Shown here piece after piece: positions 1-7,195 of a stretch of 40,612 nt of DNA. The notes under the pieces are model-generated. The model searched no databases and was not told the DNA's origin. It worked only from the letters and a program-made list of their open reading frames with translations. Both the position numbers and the translations under genes were made by a program. Numbering within the stretch: the stretch's first letter is position 1; each line of letters opens with the position of its first letter. The stretch comes from Escherichia virus TH16. The stretch lies in the sequence record MT446393.1, one strand, 5' to 3'.

Positions 1-668
1 AATCGCCATCGTGGAAGTCGTAGTTTTTAGACTTGACATACTTCGTGCGAATGAGACCTGAAGACGTATTGAAGTCCACTCCTTTTACCATGACCTCGCC
101 ATCAATCATCAGGCCAGTGCCTTCGTATCCAGCCTGCTTCAGGAACCACAGCCAGTCGCTAGACTCGGTCTCCCAGAGGTCCTCTCGAGAAGTGTCCAGC
201 CAGCTCAGGGCCGGAAGTGACTTAGACTCACGGCTCAACCATTGGGTCTCACCAGTAGGGAAGACCGGGAGGTTCAACCGGACACCATCGTACTTCACTT
301 CAGCTTCCAGCGACCCAGCAGCTTCCAGAGCCTTCTTAACGCCAGACTCAGAGTAATCTACAGCGCGGTGCGGGTTAGTTTTAATAGTTGTCATTGTGTT
401 ATCTCCATGTGTCGAGTTGGTTAGCGAGACAGTTAAGGAAGCCTGTGGCAGTGTTGTACAGTACGTCTTCATCGCGGTGTGCGAAGATCTTAAGCGCGAA
501 GATGTTACCAGCTCGGTCCTCGACTTGAAGTCTCATGAACTCTTTCCGAAGATGCGCCTCGTACCAGTCCTGCTGTATCACGCAGAAGTCTAACTGATAT
601 AGTCGGTTACACGCTGCTTTGAAAGCGTTTAGGTTGCCACTGTAAAGTCTGCCCATAGCGTTATGCTC
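1..668. repeat. Window-terminal direct duplication; 1..668 is identical to 39945..40612 (circular or overlapping assembly)
   Basis: Identical ORFs in the track at offset 39944 (33..356 and 39977..40300; 399..656 and 40343..40600). Confidence 0.9.
399..656 (-). CDS. gp1.2: gp1.2-like inhibitor of host dGTP triphosphohydrolase (85 aa); second copy at 40343..40600
   Basis: Translation MGRLYSGNLNAFKAA... matches the remembered T7 gp1.2 N-terminus and length; ATG start checked. Confidence 0.75.
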   Translation of the reverse strand: MGRLYSGNLNAFKAACNRLYQLDFCVIQQDWYEAHLRKEFMRLQVEDRAGNIFALKIFAHRDEDVLYNTATGFLNCLANQLDTWR

Positions 669-840
669 CTACGAAGTATTTCTCTTGGTTTACCAGCGAG
701 TCTTTTCCTTCAGCGTTACGGAAAGCACCCTTGACACCACCGCCACGCTTGGTCTTGTTCAGCTTGCGACCCTTCGGAATGTAATCTTCAGTCTGCTGAC
801 GTTCACGGATGCGCTCGAAGTTGATAGTGTTCTGATACAT
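661..840 (-). CDS. gp1.1: gp1.1-like small basic protein (59 aa from the internal ATG)
   Basis: KGRKLNKTKR motif as in remembered T7 gp1.1; track ORF 661..906 begins with TTG, so the ATG at 840 (GGAG upstream) was chosen. Confidence 0.5.
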   Translation of the reverse strand: MYQNTINFERIRERQQTEDYIPKGRKLNKTKRGGGVKGAFRNAEGKDSLVNQEKYFVGA

Positions 841-892
841 GTGGTTAAATCTCCAGTAGTTTACGTTAGGTAGTAGCTTTGCTACAGGGTTA

Positions 893-932
893 ATCATGAA
901 GGCCAAGACTTTGAGTCATGACCTTGAGTCTA
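893..932 (-). promoter_or_regulatory. Conserved hairpin-forming element, candidate RNase III processing site (R1.1-like position)
   Basis: Shares the AAGGTCA...TGGCCTT stem with elements at 9879..9926 and 33349..33398; can pair as an 11/12-bp stem. Confidence 0.35.
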
Positions 933-953
933 ATCCTATAGTGATAGTTTAGG
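931..953 (-). promoter_or_regulatory. Phage RNAP promoter (phi1.1-like); minus-strand CCTAAACTATCACTATAGGATTA
   Basis: Matches the window-wide promoter consensus; predicted TSS near 936. Confidence 0.65.
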
Positions 954-1027
954 TTAACCTCTTCTGCGTTGGATTAAAGTGAATACTGCGAGTGCTCCCA
1001 GCCACAGGGCCAGTAACTGTAGGTCTG

Positions 1028-1228
1028 TCATTTGGTTGCCGCCTCTTTAAGAGCCTGTTCGTGTGCCCGCTCCACCTGCTTAACCAACCACTTGAATGGG
1101 ACGTTAAGTTGCTTTGACATCTCGGTAGGGATGACCGTGGTCTTCACCAGACCCTTGCCGTTGTGTTCTGTTACGGTCACGATTTGAGTCCCACCCTTAA
1201 CGCCAGTCTGCTTGTGTGCAAATTTCAT
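1028..1228 (-). CDS. Hypothetical protein (66 aa) immediately downstream of the RNAP gene
   Basis: ATG start with AGGAG RBS; tightly packed after the RNAP stop. Confidence 0.5.
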   Translation of the reverse strand: MKFAHKQTGVKGGTQIVTVTEHNGKGLVKTTVIPTEMSKQLNVPFKWLVKQVERAHEQALKEAATK

Positions 1229-1242
1229 AACTCTCTCTCCTG

Positions 1243-3924
1243 TTAAGCGAATGCAAAGTCTGAAGACAAGATGTCTTCGATATTCAGTTTACCTTTCTTC
1301 GGAAGCTCAGGCAACTTGTCGCGCTGACTCTCGTGAAGCTGGTATTCGAACTGCTCGTAGAAGTCCAGCAGCACATCGTTGTCGCGGTAGGTCTCGACCA
1401 TCGTCTCACGGACTCCACGGAACAGATACTCAGCGTCAGCCGGGATGGTCCCGAAGCTATCGTGAATCACTGCGAATGACACCACGCCATACTTGCGGTG
1501 CGTGTGGACTACAGTCTTGCGGAGGTGGCTACCATCTTGTGAGTGGACGAAGTTCGGGCTAATGCCTGACTCCTGCTTGTGCTTGTCCAGCTCTTTCTTC
1601 GTGCCTTTGTTGACTGTAGGCTGAAGGTTGAATGACCCTAAGAACATCAGGTTCAAACGTGTGGTATCCTTCTTGCGGTATTCCTGCCAGACCGGGAAAC
1701 CATCAGGTGTGACCCAGTGTACCGGAAGGCAAGGCTTCAGGATTTCGCCAGTCTTCTTGTCCTTCACTTCAGCAGCCAGCAGCTTGGCAGCGCCTTGAAG
1801 CCACTTCATCGCGTCTACCGCAGCAACTACGGTCACACTCACAGCCTCCCAGATCATCTTAGCCATGAAGCGAGACGCTTGGCTTGGCTCAGTGAACATA
1901 GCGCCAGACCCTGAGTCAATCGCTGGCATCACGATGTCCTCGTAAACTTGGTCTGCGAAGCCGTACTCTTTCGACCCGTAGGCCAGAGTCATGACTGAAC
2001 GCTTAGTGACCTTGCGTGACATACCGTAGGTCAGCCACTGACGGGCCAGCTCGCGTGTCCCCAGCTTGATACGCTCGGTAATCTCACCAGTTTTCTTGTC
2101 CTCGTGAGTCACCATCTCGTTGTCCGTACCGTTAACCAGCAGGACTTTAAGCTCCTCCTCAATTCGATCAGACACGATGCGGTAGATGTCTTGAACCTTA
2201 CCGGATGGCGTTAGGTTTACTGCATGTCCACCGATGTGGTCACGAAGCATCGCGCTGAAGTGCTGAATCCCAGAGCAGGACCCATCGAACGCTATCGGCA
2301 GCGAGCAGGAGTAAGACAGGCCGTGGTGCATTACGCCAGCATACTCGAAGCAGAACGCGAGGAAGCAGAACGGAGAGTCTACCTTACCCCACCACTCAAT
2401 GCTGTCCATCGGTGCCTTAGCAGCAGCCATGATGTTAGCGTGGTTGTCTTCCACCCACTTGATGCGCTCCTCGAAGGTGACTTTATCGACACCCGCACAG
2501 TTTGCACCGTGGACCTTCAGCCATTTAAAACCATCAGCACCAATAGGCTTGCCGACTGCCAGAGTCAGGAGACCCTTCTGCATGTCGTTACCCTGAGGGT
2601 TGAACATCGGTACAGCGTAGACGCGACCCCGCCAATCCATGTTGTATGGAAACCAGATGGCCTTGAACTGAGAGAACTTGTTCGCTTGGTTGACGATAAA
2701 GCTCAGTGACAATCTGCGTGACTGTCTGGCCTTCTCGCGGCGATAGATACCAGCAGCAGCCTTCTTCCATGCCTTGAGTTCTTCTTCAGTCTCACCCGCA
2801 TAGTCCTCAGGCTTCAGTGGTTCCATCTGAGGGATGTCATCAATAGGCGTGTTGTTCAGCTTCTCGACCATGTTCACCACGTCCAGAACCTTCTTGTTAA
2901 CTTTCCAAGGTGTATTCTGGATGATGTTCACAGCGTCATAGACTTCAGGCATGTACACGTCTTCGTAACGTGCTGCCGCAGACTTGGAACCTAAGCGAAT
3001 CAGCGGCAATGGTCTGCGACCTTTGGCCCAATACCCACCTCCTACGACACCAGTCCACGGCTTAGGTGGAACTACGCAAGGTTGATAGACTGGCGCGATA
3101 CCCGCAAGGCTGAAGCCACGTTGTGCCATCTTCTTGACCCAGAATTCTGACAGGTGGACCATCTCTACATCAGCCGCTGCATTGCCAGCACCATAACGCT
3201 TAAGCTCGACCAATTGTGTTGACTGGATGACAATCTCAAGCATCTTGATGCCAACGTGTACCGCCTCGGTAGGACTCCAAGTCCCCCACGCATCTTCCAG
3301 TTGACCTTGCTCCAGCATGGAGGCCTCAACCGCTTGCATGTAGGCTTTCTTGTAGGATGCCCCGGCTCGCTTGTTCAGGTTCTCAGCTATCGCCTTTTTG
3401 AAGTGCTCCTTCTCCTGATCACGGATTCGACCGAAGCGGATTTCATCCTCAAGTGTGCGACCTATCGCGGAGGCCATCGGTGTAATCGGTATCCCTTCAG
3501 GCTTGACCAGCTTGGAGAGAATGACCTTCAGTATGATAACCGCAGCAGACTCACAGGAGATGCGCATAGAGCGGTCCTTGACGGCCTTCTCTTCAGTGCT
3601 CAACATGGTGAACGCTACGCTAGGACGAGAGGTTGACAGCTTCCCGTCTTGACCTTCATGCCACTCCTTTACGGCTTGCGCAATCTTAGGGACCAGAGTC
3701 TGCATCAAAGGTTTGGCGACCTGATTGTCTGCCAGTTCCCCGCGCTCAGTCTGTCGCTCAAGGTTCTTGATGAAACGTCGCTCGCCTTCAGTGTATGCCT
3801 CATGCTCAAGCTGAAGCTGTTTGACTGCAAGGTCCTGCCCGTAGTGGTCAGCCAGCAGGTTAAACGGCTCAATGGCGTTTGACACATCAGAGAAGTCGTG
3901 TTTGTCAATAGAGATGACGCTCAT
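1243..3924 (-). CDS. gp1: Single-subunit DNA-dependent RNA polymerase (893 aa)
   Basis: Clear similarity to T7/T3 RNAP along the whole length (e.g. FPYNMDWRGRVYAV, ESGISPNFVHSQDGSHLRKTVV, C-terminal FAFA). Confidence 0.97.
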   Translation of the reverse strand: MSVISIDKHDFSDVSNAIEPFNLLADHYGQDLAVKQLQLEHEAYTEGERRFIKNLERQTERGELADNQVAKPLMQTLVPKIAQAVKEWHEGQDGKLSTSRPSVAFTMLSTEEKAVKDRSMRISCESAAVIILKVILSKLVKPEGIPITPMASAIGRTLEDEIRFGRIRDQEKEHFKKAIAENLNKRAGASYKKAYMQAVEASMLEQGQLEDAWGTWSPTEAVHVGIKMLEIVIQSTQLVELKRYGAGNAAADVEMVHLSEFWVKKMAQRGFSLAGIAPVYQPCVVPPKPWTGVVGGGYWAKGRRPLPLIRLGSKSAAARYEDVYMPEVYDAVNIIQNTPWKVNKKVLDVVNMVEKLNNTPIDDIPQMEPLKPEDYAGETEEELKAWKKAAAGIYRREKARQSRRLSLSFIVNQANKFSQFKAIWFPYNMDWRGRVYAVPMFNPQGNDMQKGLLTLAVGKPIGADGFKWLKVHGANCAGVDKVTFEERIKWVEDNHANIMAAAKAPMDSIEWWGKVDSPFCFLAFCFEYAGVMHHGLSYSCSLPIAFDGSCSGIQHFSAMLRDHIGGHAVNLTPSGKVQDIYRIVSDRIEEELKVLLVNGTDNEMVTHEDKKTGEITERIKLGTRELARQWLTYGMSRKVTKRSVMTLAYGSKEYGFADQVYEDIVMPAIDSGSGAMFTEPSQASRFMAKMIWEAVSVTVVAAVDAMKWLQGAAKLLAAEVKDKKTGEILKPCLPVHWVTPDGFPVWQEYRKKDTTRLNLMFLGSFNLQPTVNKGTKKELDKHKQESGISPNFVHSQDGSHLRKTVVHTHRKYGVVSFAVIHDSFGTIPADAEYLFRGVRETMVETYRDNDVLLDFYEQFEYQLHESQRDKLPELPKKGKLNIEDILSSDFAFA

Positions 3925-3993
3925 ACTTAAAGTCCTTGTTATTAGTCTTTCACTTAAAGTCTCTTCGGTCTTTCACTTGGAGTCTTAGACCTT

Positions 3994-4016
3994 GAGTCCT
4001 ATAGTGATAATTAAGT
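3994..4016 (-). promoter_or_regulatory. Degenerate phage-promoter-like site upstream of the RNAP gene
   Basis: Minus-strand ACTTAATTATCACTATAGGACTC; mismatches at -14, -11 and +3 to +6. Confidence 0.35.
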
Positions 4017-4021
4017 CAGGA

Positions 4022-4282
4022 TTACTTGCATATCAGCGGGTTAGCGTGGAGATGACTGAAGCCACCGTTGGTAGTGTGCTTGATTGTTGACCGTTGGTCT
4101 ATCGCCTTCCAGCCTGAGACCAGAAGTTTACCATCATCGGTGATTGGTCGTCCACCATACGCCAGACACACCAGCTCGGACTTATGGCCCTCTGCTCTCA
4201 GGCGGCGCTGGAGGAACATATCGCGCTGTACTTGCTCCATGCGGCTACGGCTTGATGATTTATGAGTGTATACGGTTTTCAT
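4022..4282 (-). CDS. Hypothetical early protein (86 aa)
   Basis: ATG start; stop overlaps the start of the upstream gene by 1 nt (TAATG). Confidence 0.5.
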   Translation of the reverse strand: MKTVYTHKSSSRSRMEQVQRDMFLQRRLRAEGHKSELVCLAYGGRPITDDGKLLVSGWKAIDQRSTIKHTTNGGFSHLHANPLICK

Positions 4283-4479
4283 TACAGTTTGCTCCCAAGA
4301 GTTGCGATGTCCCAGACGTTCGCTAAGTTGCGCATGAATCGTCCGTTAGGTTGACGTACAGTCCAGCGACCCAGACGTACATAGTTGAATTTGTAGACTT
4401 TACACGCCTTGTTGATGTCTCTCACCAGCACGTAGGCGATAAGTACATAGCCTATGGCTATCAATAGTGCAGATATCAT
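4282..4479 (-). CDS. Hypothetical early protein with an N-terminal hydrophobic helix (65 aa)
   Basis: ATG start; MISALLIAIGYVLIAYVLV hydrophobic N-terminus. Confidence 0.5.
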   Translation of the reverse strand: MISALLIAIGYVLIAYVLVRDINKACKVYKFNYVRLGRWTVRQPNGRFMRNLANVWDIATLGSKL

Positions 4480-4565
4480 AGCGATTTCCGTTTAATACAA
4501 TCGTATATCCCATAACCTATCATCCAGATAACTGGCGCTAGGCATACCCAATATCCCACACTCAT
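4476..4565 (-). CDS. Small hydrophobic peptide ORF (29 aa), not in the ORF track
   Basis: AGGAG RBS 6 nt upstream of ATG; stop overlaps the next ATG (ATGA); MSVGYWVCLAPVIWMIGYGIYDCIKRKSL. Confidence 0.3.
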   Translation of the reverse strand: MSVGYWVCLAPVIWMIGYGIYDCIKRKSL

Positions 4566-4632
4566 AGTTAACTCCTATTAATGCAAGTGGTAATCTTCGA
4601 GGCCACCTATCAGTTAGATGACCTCTCGTCTA

Positions 4633-4782
4633 TCACTCAGCGTGTAAGCTGTCGTGAATACGTTTGCGGCTACCGTAGACCACTTTCAATAGACGCATAG
4701 CCGCATCGTGGTTTAACCGCCCGGTCTTGACCAAAATCCGGGCGTTGGTGACGTGGTGCTGGCAGAGACCATAAGTTACCAT
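4633..4782 (-). CDS. Hypothetical early protein (49 aa from the internal ATG)
   Basis: Track ORF 4633..4827 begins with TTG; ATG at 4782 has a GAGG-type RBS. Confidence 0.4.
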   Translation of the reverse strand: MVTYGLCQHHVTNARILVKTGRLNHDAAMRLLKVVYGSRKRIHDSLHAE

Positions 4783-5300
4783 CTTGATGGCCTCACCTCT
4801 TGCAGCTTGGACACAAGGAAGAAGCAATCCACCAGTATCAACTTGCCATTCACGGCCCGTACATTGCGTGGGCTTATCTCAAACTGAATGTCAGACCCAA
4901 AGTTAGCGCAAGCATCCAGCGCCATCAGTACATCCATCAGACCTTCCCGCACAGTCTCAGTCTCAGACCTGTCGTGTGCAGCTTGGAATATCTCGTACCA
5001 CTTGTGATACAGGTCAGCAGGTCGAGAGAATCTCGGAGACCGTGAGAAGCAATCGCGCAGCACCTGATAGAGTTGCCACTGGTCATCATCTAAATGCGCC
5101 TTGAGTCCTCGTGTTGGTGGCATGTGGTCCATCTCATACGTGCCAACCTCAATCATCTTGACTTCAGGGAACAGTGGAGACTCAGGGAACCATCCCCATG
5201 CCATACACTCCTTTATTGGGTCAGAAGAGACCAGAAGTACACGCTTCCCGCAATCCTTCAGGTAGCACTTAGTGAACGCGCCTTTGCCTATCAGTTTCAT
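4776..5300 (-). CDS. gp0.7: gp0.7-like protein kinase, short form (174 aa) without the long C-terminal region of T7 gp0.7
   Basis: GKGAF glycine-rich segment and weak similarity to the remembered T7 gp0.7 kinase region; position before gene 1. Confidence 0.45.
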   Translation of the reverse strand: MKLIGKGAFTKCYLKDCGKRVLLVSSDPIKECMAWGWFPESPLFPEVKMIEVGTYEMDHMPPTRGLKAHLDDDQWQLYQVLRDCFSRSPRFSRPADLYHKWYEIFQAAHDRSETETVREGLMDVLMALDACANFGSDIQFEISPRNVRAVNGKLILVDCFFLVSKLQEVRPSRW

Positions 5301-5316
5301 GTTGTTATTCCTTGCG

Positions 5317-5505
5317 TTAGAATGGATTAGACCATGTGCTGTACTGGTGGTTGGAAATCATGCCAGACTTGCAGAGACTGTCTGTATAGTCATTCCAATA
5401 CTGCTGTTTAGCTATGTCGTCGCCTCTGAAAGTCTCAGGGAACTCGCGGAAAGTCTCACGACATTCAGCTATCACTTCCGCTTTGGTCATCTTACGATAC
5501 GCCAT
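5317..5505 (-). CDS. Hypothetical early protein (62 aa), second gene of the early operon
   Basis: ATG start with AGGA upstream; preceded by the conserved leader element. Confidence 0.5.
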   Translation of the reverse strand: MAYRKMTKAEVIAECRETFREFPETFRGDDIAKQQYWNDYTDSLCKSGMISNHQYSTWSNPF

Positions 5506-5513
5506 CTTGTTTA

Positions 5514-5573
5514 TCCTATAGTTAGTGACTATCAGTCAGGCCGCTATGAGTCTAACGACCTGTAGTTAATCAC
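5514..5573. repeat. Copy 1 of a ~60-bp duplicated early leader element (contains TGACT-ATC-AGTCA inverted repeat)
   Basis: 21 bp identical to 5764..5784 plus flanking similarity to 5755..5822. Confidence 0.6.
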
Positions 5574-5746
5574 TGGCAATTGAACGCGTGGTCCAGGCAC
5601 ATATTGAACTCTTCCTGCGCAAGCTCGCGGCTATCCCACTCAGTCTTAGACAATCCGTAGATTATCACATGCTTAGTGTGATTCTTACAGTCTTTAGCCG
5701 TATACCAGATTAAGCCAAGATCTTCGTTCATCGCTATGATTTTCAT
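5570..5746 (-). CDS. Hypothetical first early protein (58 aa) in the position of T7 gene 0.3; not in the ORF track
   Basis: ATG with AGGAG RBS; translation MKIIAMNEDLGLIWYTAKDCKNHTKHVIIYGLSKTEWDSRELAQEEFNMCLDHAFNCQ. Confidence 0.5.
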   Translation of the reverse strand: MKIIAMNEDLGLIWYTAKDCKNHTKHVIIYGLSKTEWDSRELAQEEFNMCLDHAFNCQ

Positions 5747-5754
5747 AATGTTAC

Positions 5755-5822
5755 TCCTACTTAAGTTAGTGACTATCAGTCAGGGCCTTCAGATGTAGAC
5801 TCAAAGACCCTGTAGTTAGTCG
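5755..5822. repeat. Copy 2 of the duplicated early leader element
   Basis: See 5514..5573. Confidence 0.6.
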
Positions 5823-5929
5823 CTATCGGCGCACATTAAGAGTTTATCCAGATTGTTAAAGAGCATTCCCTTCAGTCATATGACTTCAGGTAGACCATTT
5901 CAGTGTCGGTCATCACCGTTGTTTCGATG

Positions 5930-5966
5930 TGGTACATACTACTTTAAGTCGTTACTGCTTGTCAAC
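5930..5966 (-). promoter_or_regulatory. Host sigma70-type early promoter (T7 A3-like)
   Basis: Minus-strand TTGACA, 18-nt spacer, TAGTAT; flanks resemble the remembered T7 A2/A3 region. Confidence 0.5.
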
Positions 5967-6064
5967 CACTTTCTGTCATCTGCCTGTTGTTCGTATGACT
6001 TATCAGGCTGTCTACTTGACCGGGATGACCCGGCGTCTTCACTATCCGGTTGTTGCCGTGTCGT

Positions 6065-6107
6065 GTTGACGGAAGTTATTTAGCCATAGTCTAGACCTAT
6101 AGTCAAT
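6065..6107 (-). promoter_or_regulatory. Candidate host sigma70 promoter (T7 A1-like)
   Basis: Minus-strand TTGACT, 17-nt spacer, CTAAAT. Confidence 0.3.
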
Positions 6108-6329
6108 AGGTAATTTGAAATAATATTGATTAAGCTATCGTCGGCCCCATAGTGACTAAGAGGATATAGTCTTTGACTAACATGTATTAGACCTTAAGTC
6201 TATATCTTTGTGTCTATTAACTGTAGGTCTGTGACTGTAAGCTGTGAGTGTCTTATGGTTGTGACTGTAGGTTAGTGAGACTGTAGGTGTATGACGTAAT
6301 GTTATACTATAACACTATACAGATAGAGA

Positions 6330-6502
6330 CTCAGAGACAGACCCATAGTCCCAACCTATCGTCCAACCTCCAGCCATAGCCACTACCTATCGTCGACCTA
6401 ACGTCTTGACCATCGGTCCAACCCTATGATAGACTGGGGTAGGGCCTTTGGTCTGACTTAAAGAGGGCCTATGGGGAGACTTTAGGTTCTTGAACTGTGA
6501 GA
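6330..6502. repeat. Collapsed terminal-repeat region; physical genome left end near 6502 on the minus strand
   Basis: Minus strand from 6502 reads TCTCACAGTTCAAGAACCTAAAGTCTCCCCATAGG..., resembling remembered T7/T3 left ends; repeat extent is an estimate. Confidence 0.45.
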
Positions 6503-6739
6503 TGTGGTCTCAAACTTTTGGTCCAAAACTCATCGTCACTACTGTAGGCCTAAGCCACTGTAGGTCAAGGACCGTAGGTCAGGCGACACTAGGATAGACC
6601 AATAAGTAGGATGACCCTAAGTGAGCTTCTATTAAGGTGTTACCTAAAGTCCTTGACTACAGTAGCTAAGGTCAGTAGAGTAGCGTCAGCTATGAACTGA
6701 CCTTAGGTCTTACGCTCATGAATAGTTACCATGATTGCG

Positions 6740-6898
6740 TTAATTACACTGAGAGACCAGAGAACATACGAGAGTCTCGACCCACCCGACCCACTGACTT
6801 CCAGCAGTAACGCCAGCAGCAAGTAGAACAGCAGCAAGAAACCTGTATGTAGCTCGATTGGTCGCCAGAGCTTTAAGTACAGCTTTGGTCTTTGCCAT
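6740..6898 (-). CDS. gp19.5: gp19.5-like small hydrophobic protein (52 aa), not in the ORF track
   Basis: AGGAGG RBS; position after terminase; translation MAKTKAVLKALATNRATYRFLAAVLLAAGVTAGSQWVGWVETLVCSLVSQCN. Confidence 0.45.
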   Translation of the reverse strand: MAKTKAVLKALATNRATYRFLAAVLLAAGVTAGSQWVGWVETLVCSLVSQCN

Positions 6899-7078
6899 AT
6901 GCTACATACCTCCTGTATCTATGGTCGGTGACTATCTGTATTGGAGGGATTATGATTAATATCACCCTCCTTCCATCGGTGCAAGCCTTAGGTAAGAACT
7001 CGGAGTCTGCCTCCTAAGGTCTTGCATAAAGTCTGCATATGTATATTCACTACAGTAATACTATAAGTAACCGGGGGT

Positions 7079-7101
7079 CTTCCCTATAGTGATAGTTAAG
7101 T
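7079..7101 (-). promoter_or_regulatory. Phage RNAP promoter downstream of terminase, reading toward the genome end (phiOR-like)
   Basis: Minus-strand CTTAACTATCACTATAGGGAAGA. Confidence 0.6.
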
Positions 7102-7195
7102 CCAAACTTCTTGTAAAACAGTAGGTTAGACTGGTAGTAACTATAGGTTACTAACTGCGTATTCATGCAGCTTTCACCTATAGTTATTCATTCAG

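Noticed and set aside
6200-6620. Possible CRISPR array suggested by short CTGTAGG repeats
   Set aside because: Repeats are about 7 to 9 bp, irregularly spaced and imperfect. They match the short repeat arrays beside T7-type terminal repeats, not CRISPR repeat-spacer architecture.
7138-7195. Plus-strand AACTATAGGTTACT and nearby CCTATAGTTATTCA promoter-like strings
   Set aside because: They match only the TATAGG core and lack the conserved -12 to -5 block. There is also no plus-strand gene to serve.
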